A stretch of DNA of 59,086 nt, counting the filler, from Dirinaria sp. TL-2023a (lineage: Eukaryota): NCBI GenBank assembly GCA_051941275.1. It is 3 parts of 3 records of this genome, joined end to end, with 100 filler letters (N's around TTAATTAATTAA, not from the genome) between each part and the next. Parts side by side here need not be neighbours in the genome. Positions count along the whole stretch, not along the records: positions 39,479 to 59,086 come from JAVEBF010000323.1; 2 more parts are not named here. One strand, given 5' to 3'. The position numbers were made by a program, and so were the translations under genes. Positions 49,001-59,086 of the stretch are shown piece by piece. Each line of letters starts with the position of its first letter. Within the stretch, counting starts at the first letter, position 1. Below the pieces are notes generated by a model, which was not told the origin of the DNA, ran no database searches, and saw only the letters and a list, made by a program, of their open reading frames with translations.

Positions 49001-51224
49001 CCAATGGCCGAGCATGAGCAGAGCGATGAATTAGATTCACTTCGTTGGAGAAGGCATTACTGGCTTCATTTATTGACGGCGATTGAGCTTTGGGCATGTG
49101 ATTTGTTGACGACTTGTCTAATTTGACTGATCGACGCTGAGCTCGACGTTTTGCACCTTCGGAAGCGGACGAGAGCTGAGCTGGTAATTTCTCGATCCTT
49201 CTCTGATGACGGAGGCGCTTGCGTGGATGAATGTCGGAATCTGATGATAGGGATAAACTCGATTGCCTACTTTGGGAGGATGATCTACTCTTATCGTGAT
49301 CAATAGCATTTCCAGCCAGTCTGTAAGCATTTGGTGAATTGCCTTTATACCTTGATGATACACTGCGGGTCTCTATACTGCTGTCCGGTGGTAAACCGTG
49401 TTCTTCTTGAGAAGCCGGCCACTGCGCGGATGAAAAAGGGGGGTCCGAGTCAGATTGACCTTCATTAGACTGGCCGTCTTCTGACGATGTCTGGACCGAC
49501 TGATCTTGTGCTTGAGATCGCGGCGAACGCGATCTGGGTGGTGACTCGGACGATGAAGTATTCTGGCGGTCAGCTTGTCGGTTGAGGTCTTGAAGTATGG
49601 CAATGGGAATATTTGCTGTTGGCGGCCTTTGGCCAGGCTCTGGCGGATACCAAGCTATAGCTGTAAGTTAGCGCTCTTAACAAAAGAGTGCTAGGAATCA
49701 GCATGCCGGCCGTCAAGACATCGGCAGGAATAGCCACAGAATGAAGTCAATGTGATATAAACGTGGGAGACATTTACACACATACCATCTGGGCGCTCTA
49801 AGAGGGTCATTTGATTCTTAGGTATTAAAATATCTCGACGTCTGAGCCGGGCATTGGTCTAACAGATTGTCAGCTACTTAGGACTAAAATATACATGCAT
49901 ACGGAACTCATGCTACCTTGGTAAGTGTGGAGGCAGGTCCTCGTGAGTCCGCCGGCAATCGTTGAGATTGGTCCAGTCGGTTCTCGCCGTCGATATCTGC
50001 ACGACACTGCTCAGACTCTTGGTCTCTTGGCACTGCTTTTGACTGATTTAGAAGCGCTTGTGGCTCTGACTTTGTGGAAGAGGACTTTGCCACTGTTGCC
50101 GGCGGATGCAATGGTGGCTTATCTGAATTTGCATCTATTACGTCCAAATTTGGTACGGCGGCAGGAACGGTCAATCCGGTTGCTTTAGGTTTTGTGCTCT
50201 TGTCCAGCAGCCTTACCAGATTGGATGCTTTTTTTTGGAGCTCGTTGGCTGCCGGAGGTTGACTATTCCGGTTGTATCTAGCTTCCTTTGCAAGATCATA
50301 TTCAAAATTTCCGAGAGTATTGGCTTTGTTTCGGCTTTCCACGAGTTTGGAAGACAGCGCCTGAAGCCCGGATTCATGCGTCTTCTCTCCTAACTTTGAG
50401 GCTTTGTGAACACGTTTTTTGTTAAGGGCTATGTTTGTATCACTATTGTGGCCATTCACAGTGCTGGTCGAATTAATCTTCGATTCAAAGGCTTCTTCTC
50501 TACTGGACTCGACTCTAGTACGCTTCTCGGACCGGACTTGAGGTGCCTGGGTAGCGAAAAGCCCTTGATTAAGAACTTCCTCGCTTTCTAGATCAAAGAT
50601 ATTCCTCGCTGGGGGCGGCGATAGTGAACTGCTGTCACACAACTGCAGGCCTTTTGATGACTGCGCACTTGTCGCACATTGTGCACGAGCAGCTTGAAGT
50701 CCGTTAAGAAGCTCCTGAATGTCCTCTCGACACTCAATGGGACGTGGATTACCAAAAGCTCCAGACCCGTCGGAACCGATGTGCTGCAATTCCTGGATGA
50801 GCATGGTAATTTTTGTCTTCTTGGGTCCATAGTGTTGCGCAACGACCTCAAATTTCAATAATTGAAAGATAGCTCCTAGAGTGCCTTCAGTAATCCTCCT
50901 TCGCTGGTCCCGCTCGAATTTTTCAGCTGCAGCGGCGGCAATTGTGACTTTGACATGCGTCTCCGAGTCGGAGATATATACTTGGATGGGACTTTTTATC
51001 TGTTCGATCTAGATATAGCATAAGATGAGCATGGGAGAGAGCGCGGCAATTGGCGCTTTTACCTTCACGAACTGCACAATTGCTTTCTCTTCTGATTTGA
51101 CTCGCAAGTTACTCCCATCATCTTCGTATCTTACGTTAGGTTGGGATCCCTGTAAACTCCAATGTTGCGCTTGAGTCAGAACTTTATGAACGTATGGAGC
51201 GATCCATGGCTGAAGCGCATCCAT
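46038..51224 (-). CDS. Large (~1600-aa) protein with an N-terminal TPP1/Est3-like OB-fold domain and a long low-complexity tail, 3 introns
   Basis: MDALQPWI...VQFVK|...VYISDSETHVKVTI...RRITEGTLGAIFQLLKFEVV...HIGSDGSGAFGNPRPI resembles the fungal Est3/TPP1 OB fold. Introns (~51062-51008, ~49917-49860, ~49786-49657) join it via IPKNQMTLLERPD|AWYPPEPG to the frame of the 46038-49097 ORF, which contains IFEKFKAAYSDY...HPSLWDDFIIRH. Confidence 0.7.
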
Positions 51225-51296
51225 GATCAAGGAACTTCATATGAATTTGGGTTTTCATGAGATGCAGCTGATTATTGTTCTATCCGATCGATTAGG

Positions 51297-51465
51297 ACGC
51301 GTAAAACATGGCAAAGATGTTCGGTTTCGCATCGAACTCAGTCATCGAGACACAAATCATGTGCCGTTCTGTATAACGCGGTCTCTTAGATTTGTAGAAT
51401 GTTGCTCGATTCACTCTGAGTTTGCTTAGTGAAATCTTTGCATGAGCGACAAATTACGAACGCGT
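51297..51465. promoter_or_regulatory. Two MCB-like ACGCGT boxes in the divergent promoter between the TPP1/Est3-like gene and FAB1
   Basis: ACGCGT at 51297-51302 and 51460-51465, ~70 and ~240 bp upstream of the ATG at 51224. Confidence 0.45.
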
Positions 51466-52008
51466 TCTTGAGATGACATGCAGGATGACAGTGCGGCGTA
51501 AAATAAGATACGCATGATTAACAGATTTCTAGTGATGGAGGCGTCAAAGTGACACCCGAAGTGGCTAGTGTCACTGACCCTGCGCTAACCCTAGATAAAC
51601 ATGGTCCGGCATTTCAGGTCGCAGTCAAATTGGCTGCAAGTTGCCATCATCGGCTTTAGGATTCTTCTAGATTTCAAAGCGCGGGGCGGGCTACTCATTC
51701 TTTGTAGTTCCAGAAGGGCAATGATAATTCTTTGTTCCGATTTCAAAATCTTGTTCGTCTCTTACATTCGCATGGCCAGCTACTCAAACCTTCGATCGAA
51801 CGTCGACATCGGATTTTGTCGCGTCTTTGGACCACATCTGTTCTCTACAGCACAGCCAAGGATTAAGTGATGATACACCTTCTCTACAAGACTTAATCCT
51901 CAAAAGGTGAGCATAGGACAATAGATCTAAATCTCCACTCTCTAGGATCTGACCGGAACAATAGCAGTGACATTGCTACAATGAATGACTTGACACGAAA
52001 TACCTACC

Positions 52009-55000
52009 ATGACTGCACGCTCCATCTCAGATGGCGGAAGCCCTCCGACTCCAAACCCGATTCTCCCTCAGCTTCGTCGTTCGCGACCAGGTTCTGTTAC
52101 GTCTCTCGATAGCACGCCACAAATCGGTAAGGGCACCTTGGCAGAGGCGCTCGATCACATCCACAGTACTGCTTCTCAAAGTGAAGCGTTAACGACTTTC
52201 AATGAGTATACCTCGCCACCGTCGCCATCTTCCGGGTTAGAGGGGAAGGGGATAACCAGCGACCTGCAAGGTGGTCTCAGCGGGCTCTACAATAGGTTCA
52301 GGGCGTCTGTCGGCAATGTTAGAGACATCGTTACCCTCTCCGGGGAGGATATTGTGGCGGACGACGCTGTTATACAAAGCCCGAGGCTCGCTCCGCCCAC
52401 CCCTACTCTAGCGCATAACCTTCAAGACCCTGTCAAATCTCCCATTCCTTCTATACATGTGCTTGAGGACCGGAAATCGGTCCACGGTAGTCGACAGTCC
52501 TCACGTGGTGCCGCTACAGCAGAAGCTCAGGCACAAAATAGCTCACGAGGTCCACGATCCCCGAATACAGCATCGGGTGGAAGTAATTCCAGCCCTAGAC
52601 CCCCTCTGAAGTCTCCGGTGAATATGGCTGCACCTGCATCATCCGCCGCCTCTCCTGCAGTCGCCGAGGTCAATGTCAATGCTGTCAAGGAGCGCCTCCT
52701 ACGAGACGAGAAAAGTACAGCTACGCCCAATATAGACTCTGCACAGCTCGCAAATCAATCTATAACTTCACGTACTGAAGCCAGTTTGTCCTCTACAGCT
52801 ACAGTAGGACAGCGGAAACCTCCAAGCATTCAAAGCCGTGCAAGAGATCGGCCCGAAGCGAAGGAGCCTCAGCTACACTCTCCAAATATTGTCGTGTCCA
52901 TGCCGAATGCAGATGCCATTGACGAGCCTGTAAAGGGTGAACGCAACGAAACCGTCAATCTAAAGCCTGCACGCTCCAACAGGTCGTCCGTCGATGACAA
53001 TATATCGCAGAAGCATCATACTAGCCTCCCAAATGCTCATGAGCACGAGAAAGCTGTATTAGCACCGACTAGATCAGACAATGGTAGTAGCCCACCTATC
53101 AACACGGCAAACCCTGCTACTCCGCAGGAATCTCTCATCGGTGTTTCAAGGCTATCAGAAGCTGTGAAAGAACTCCCGAACATTGCTACTGACATACCTC
53201 AGTATCAGCACGTCGAAATACCAATTCCGAGATCGATCCAGCCGCAACCGACAAGTCGATCTAGGACCCCAGATGTAAGTCTCACACGAGCATCATCCGA
53301 AGTCACATCGACCAATTTAGTCTATGCTTCAGCACAAAAAGCCCCTATCACCAAAAACGTGCATCAAGACCTAAAGTCCAGCACCACGGTGTTGTCTCAG
53401 GCTCGCAGCAAAGTTCTAAACAAAGAATACTGGATGAGAGATGAAAATGCTAGAGATTGTTTCAATTGTGGTGACCCATTTTCAACGTTCCGTCGAAAAC
53501 ATCACTGCAGTGAGTTCTTTCATGCCACTCTTTAAGTTTCATCACTAAAATATCCTCGAGGGACATGTGGCCAAATTTTCGATGCAAAATGCACAAGTAT
53601 TCTATCCGGAGCTATTTTCGGTCATTCAAGTTCCATCCGTGTTTGTAAGCCTTGTGAAGGCATCATTAATGGCTACGATGACTCGTCAGAGCTCTCCGAC
53701 GAAAGTAGTATTCCGACTGGAGGTTTGCGGCCAAGGCATGGATCGACTGGTGCGACCGATGCCCTGGGAAGTCCAATTCCGAGATCTAATCCATCATTTG
53801 ATGATTTGAGACGAAGTCCTATGCAGCAGGATCGCACAGCTCCCACCATGGCGATTCCAGCAGCGAGGAAAGCGGGCGGTGATTCGAACCGAAGGCCCCC
53901 AGTCTTGGAAATTGGGGTCGAGCGAACACTTACTCGCCCATCATCGTCCAGATCCTTGAAATCTTCATTCGCCAATAGGCCATTCGTATCTGGCCACAGG
54001 CGCCACCACTCACGTCACCTCACCCAACGTGGCTTTAAGCCGATTAATGAAGACAGCGCTCCTTTCCATCAATCCGTAGGCAGCGACAAAGGCATACCAA
54101 GCCGCTTGCCTGCCTTTCATGACGATAACATTATCGATCCTGACTTGGCTCCGTACTTGTCAGACGATGAATCTAGTGGCGACGAGCATTTGAGCATTAT
54201 GGCAGCTTTAAGCGGGGAAACTGGAATGTCTAAGAGCCTCGATCATGACAAAAATGGATTGGCTGGCCTTCTCGGCTCTTCACGGAAGGGTAGATCCAGA
54301 ATGGGTGGCATGAATGTGCCTAGTCGTGACACCGATAACATCAGCTTAAGCAGTTCCCGTACTACTAACCTACCACAAGGCTCCAAAAGACGAAATCTAA
54401 GCATCTCCAGCAATGTGCTTCTGCGGCCGTCCCCAAGGAACCACCGTACACCGTTAAGCTTACCAGCTGCTTCGCATCTTCTTGAAACATCAGAAATCTC
54501 TGATCAGGGTCAACATATCCTTCCATATGCCCCCACTGGAAGCCCGCGAATGGTGCGGAGCTCATCAATGAGAGGTGCTGCAGCTCCTGCTGTGGAGTTG
54601 AATAACGCAAGTTTACAACATGTACGCAAATTGCTTCGCCAGCTTCTGGAGGACGCTGAGCTTCAAAAAATCTCTAGCTGGGAAAAGGCACTTGTACCGA
54701 TCCTTCTACAAGCCACTGACGACGTCAATCCCGATGTGCCCAGAGGCGACGATATTGATATTCGACACTATGTCAAACTCAAAAGAATTCCTGGAGGACG
54801 CCCTGGAGACACTTCTTACGTGTCCGGCCTCGTTTTCACCAAAAATCTTGCATTGAAATCCATGCCCCGAAATATTGCTAATCCAAATATTCTCATCGTG
54901 ACCTTCGCCCTGGAATACGCTCGCCATCAACAGCATTTCATGAGCCTTGAACCAGTCATCCGCCAGGAGCGAGAATATCTGCAAAATCTGATAAGCCGCA

Positions 55001-58000
55001 TTGCAGCTCTACGACCTCATCTGCTTCTCGTACAGAGGAACGTTTCCGGCTTGGCCTTGGAGCTGCTCGAGAAAGCGAATATCGCAACTGCATACAATGT
55101 CAAGCCATCAGTACTTGAAGCGGTTTCTCGATGCAGTCAAACGAGGATCATCTCGTCTGTAGATAAATTGACGATCAAACCTGCACAGGCAGGCACCTGC
55201 GCAAATTTCTACCTCAAAACGTACGTACATAAAAATAGGAGGAAAACTTATATGTTCCTCTCAGGTTGTGCAAAGGAGCTCGGATGTACGATAGCTCTTC
55301 GAGGAGCGGAAGAAGGGATTTTAGCCAAGGTTAAGCGGATCACTGAGTTCATGGTCTACGTTGTCTACAACTTAAAGTTGGAGACGTGCCTCATGCGCGA
55401 TGAGTTTGCCCTCATCCCATCATCTGTTGAGATAGGATCCATGAAAGATGCGAAAAACTCCTCCCGAAAACCTTCGGAGGCCGTCCGGCAGGAGCTGATG
55501 AATTCCGATAAAACCCTGACTTCAAGTAAGGAGAGAACAGAAGTCCCTGCTGAGGGGAATGAGTTAGCACCTGCAGCCACGTCGCGCTCAGATGTGTTTG
55601 CGGGAAGGACGCCTGGAATTCTTGCAACAGAGCAGCAAGACGAGAATCCAGCCGCCGATGACTCGACAATGCCGGAGGATATCCCTATGCCAACGTTCTA
55701 TACCGAAATGGTTGAAAAGCACAGGACAAAGATATTGTCCGCGTCGCCCTTTGTAAAATTCATGCAACCATATCTCCTTATGAGGGCAAGAGAACAAGAG
55801 CGGCGCCTCGCTTACTTGAAGCGTTTACGAGATCTTGTCCACGGTGAAGAGCAAAGAGATGAACGTGGACCTGAGCCGCAAGAATTCAACCTCATTAAGC
55901 CAGAGATGGTCCATGAAACAACACAGAACATGTCCAGAAAAGTGCGTGAAGTGCTGCATGCGGTACATGATGCGGAGTATGACAAGGCGCTTCACACTTA
56001 CCAAACACAAAGCAAGCAATGGGAGGCTTATCTTGCGGGGAGCATAAATCTTTTTGATCCCTATGCGCATCAGAGCATCGCAGTTCTCTACAGTGTCGTC
56101 TGTACTGTCACCACCGTACCGTGCACCGGGCCGGATATGCTGGCTTTGGGCTTTTATAATGAACACGAGACGAATGCGGCGTATGAAGCTGACTGCACAT
56201 TGGGCCAATACGTAGAGGAGCTCTGTCTCTATGCGAACAACGTGTGTACGGTCAATTGCTGCGAAAGAAAGATGTTCGATCACCATCGCCAATATGTTCA
56301 TGGAGATGCACAGCTAAGTGTCTTTGTCGAGCCTTGTGCATGCCGACTCCGAGGATTACAGGACACTATCTTGATGTGGAGTAAATGCAGGGTATGCGGT
56401 AAAGAAACACAGGTCCTGCCAATGTCTGAGAGTTCATGGAAATATTCGTTTGGCAAGTATCTCGAATTGTCTTTTTGGAGCAGCGAGCTACACGCAAGAG
56501 CCGGCGTCTGCCCCCACGATCTTCACAGAGATCACTTACGATACTTCGGCTATCGCAACATCGCTGTTCGCATTCACCACGATCCCATAACGCTCCTTGA
56601 GATTGTTGTCCCCAGAGCCAGAGTGACGTGGAAGGTTGACAATGATCTGCGCTTCAGAAACGACCTCTTCTCGAAATATGAGGAACGTATTAACAAATTC
56701 ATGGCTTCCATCAAGTCCCGCATTAAAGGAATCAAGGTCGAGGGGGTTATTCCTGAGAAGGCCAATGACTGCCAGCAGGAAGTGATAAGGCTACTGAAAA
56801 AGGCAAATGAGGATCACCAAGCTCTCATTCAGGGACTTCAAGATGAATACATGAATTCGAAATACTATGAGATCATCCCGCTAAATCGTGCAATTCGTTA
56901 CACTCAAGAAAAGGTCGCTGAATGGGATAGAGCATTCGCCGATTTTGATCGCGACTACTTCCCATCCGAGAAGGACATCCGCAGATTGGCGGCTTTACAA
57001 TTCAAGAAAATCTTTCTTGAGAGGGAAGATTCCAACGCTTCCTTGGCATCCCATGATGGAACCGCTACTCCCAATCCCGAAGTCATCTTAGAGAAAATGT
57101 CGAAAGAAGGCATACCAACCTTGGCACCACAAACGCGCAACATGTCCCCTGAGAAAGTAGACCACATGCTGGCATCCGTTGTGGAAAGGGACGGTTCTTC
57201 GGAAACATCCGAAAAACTGGGTTTGGATCAATATCAAAGTGCACCCGCTACTTCTCTACCACTTACCGATGCTGAAAGTCTGTCTACATCAGCGAATGAT
57301 CTTAAAAGGTTGAATTCTGAGGACGTCCAGCATCTAGATCTGGCTGTTTCGGAAAAGCTGTCATATAGCATAAGTGAAGAACTTGGTCCATGCTTGAGTA
57401 CTCCAAGCTTATTGGATCCTCTCAGAGGTGTAAAGATCTGCTCGCCTGGGGGTACAGTGACCGATGAGCCTACAACTCAAACGCCCAAGGCTGAGCTCCC
57501 ATTACAGCAGCGCATAGAGGAACCAGTATCGAAAGACGCTGCTCTGAGGGAACCGAATCCTAGGGTGACAAGCGGACGACCGAACGAAACAAAGGATCCG
57601 AAATCAGAGCTAAAAGTTCCTACTCCTTTATTACGAACTCAATCTCAACCTACCCAAGCCAAGTGGGAGAAGAGCAGCAGCAACTTCAGCCAAGACATTT
57701 CGAGTCTACCACAAAGCTCTGTGTCCAGCAACCCAAATAAGCAGATCGGCGCGACTGCTGTTCCTCAAACAGCAACCGGCATCCCTTCCAAGCCCAATGA
57801 GAAGAAATTATCGGAACGACTCGGTCTTGGTGCTCTGAAACAGGCCAGTAGTGCTTCGCAATCGATGATTCCACGCAGCATTGCCAGTCGACGAGGGCAA
57901 TCGCACGTCTCCAATCTGGCCAAGCATTTTGAGCAGCTTAGCCGCGAGTTCGAACAAGAGCGGGTTCGAGAGCGACGCCAGCGTGCGGCCAAGAACAGGC

Positions 58001-59086
58001 AATCTAGAACGTATCCCATGGCTGCTTCCAAGCCTATAGTAGAGATTTATCGTAGCGTTCACGAAGCGGTGGAGGAGCGCGAGCCGTCAGATGAGGATCT
58101 GATTTCTTCAGATCCATCTCATGTTGGACAAGAGGAAAGCCCTACCATGGCCGACCATATGGCGCATAGTACGGATGCAGAAACGCAAGGCGAAGGTTTT
58201 CACGCTGAAGGTACTACCGCCGAGACGACGGAAGTAGACGACAAAATCCGATCTAACACCAGTGTTCACTCCGATGTCGAAAGGGAGGGGATTAGGACTG
58301 ACGATGAGCACTCTCTGATGGACGAGAACGCTATTCAAGAGCACCATGCTATCACGCCTTCCGAATCTCAGCATGATCTAAAATTGGATCTGCCCAAGCA
58401 TGAGAAGACGTCGCTTATGAAGATGCTGACGAATTTCTGGGCTGAAAGATCCGCCAGTGGCTGGCAAGCGCTAGAGTATCCTCTGAACGCGACTGATCAT
58501 GTTTTTGCAGATTCAGATATCATCGTTAGAGAGGATGAGCCAAGCTCTTTGATCGCTTTCGCCCTCGGCTCAGCAGCTTACCAGGCTAAGCTACTGAGGA
58601 TGTCTGAAAGTGGTCACGGTCTGTCATGTCAAGATGAGCTAGTTGATTCAAAGGAATCATTCCTAGGCAGTGGCGAGCCAGTCGAAGTTGAGCGGTCTCT
58701 AATCAGATCTACTGGCACTCATCTCAAATTCCAATTTCAGGAGGGGTCTGCCAAAATGACCTGCAAAGTCTTCTTCGCCGAGCAATTTGATGCCCTGCGC
58801 CGGAAATGTGGTGTCTCGGAACGTATCGTCGAATCTCTTTCCAGGTGTCTAAAGTGGGATTCCAAAGGCGGCAAGACCAAGTCTGTCTTTCTCAAGACCC
58901 TCGACGACCGCTTCGTTCTGAAATCACTTTCACCAATTGAAACACAGGCCTTCCTTCGATTCGCTCCAGCTTATTTCCAAATAATGTCTGAGTCGCTATT
59001 CCACGATATGCCATCAGTCATCGCCAAGATGCTGGGCTTCTTTCAGGTCATCATCAAAAACCCTAACACTGGCGTGGAATTCAATT
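52009..59086 (+). CDS. FAB1: 1-phosphatidylinositol-3-phosphate 5-kinase (PIKfyve), 3' end beyond the window; intron 53510-53560
   Basis: FYVE domain YWMRDE...C...FRRKHHC|RTCGQIF...RVCKPC; CCT-like domain (DIRHYVKLKRIPGG, GCTIALRG); WKYSFGKYLELSF; IIVREDEPSSLIAFAL; start of the PIP-kinase domain (GGKTKSVFLKTLDDRFVLK). The long frame is open to the window edge. Confidence 0.96.

Noticed and set aside
51548..51576. 8-bp inverted repeat AGTGACAC...GTGTCACT in the divergent promoter
   Set aside because: Too short to distinguish from chance without conservation data.

Overview
Genomic DNA of a filamentous ascomycete (Pezizomycotina), judged from short GT-AG introns with CT(A/G)AC-type branch points and fungal orthologues; the species cannot be determined. 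Two 100-nt N gaps carry a TTAATTAATTAA scaffolding linker. There are four blocks. (1) 0.3-19.3 kb is a metabolic/accessory block: tartrate dehydrogenase-like enzyme, an orphan ORF, an MFS monocarboxylate transporter, a hotdog thioesterase and a 2OG-Fe(II) dioxygenase whose ends overlap, a PTH11/rhodopsin-domain membrane protein, a P450 and two GMC oxidoreductases, with no PKS/NRPS/terpene backbone gene in the window. (2) 19.8-33.5 kb is a conserved block: a cyclin-fold protein, RVB1, xanthine dehydrogenase (hxA), mitochondrial S7, a DNAJC9-like J protein, a RIB2-like deaminase and a small conserved gene with an in-frame Trp-rich alternative exon extension. (3) 34.5-46 kb is a turnover island: a Baeyer-Villiger monooxygenase broken by one in-frame TGA, a collapsed DUR3-type transporter relic missed by the ORF track, a MYND-finger gene, an intronless signal-less chymotrypsin-clan protease with a duplicated N-terminal module, further possible relics and an intron-containing tRNA-Val(TAC). 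(4) 46-59 kb holds a large TPP1/Est3-domain gene divergent from FAB1 (PIKfyve), which runs off the end. All family assignments come from recognised motifs; no database searches were run.
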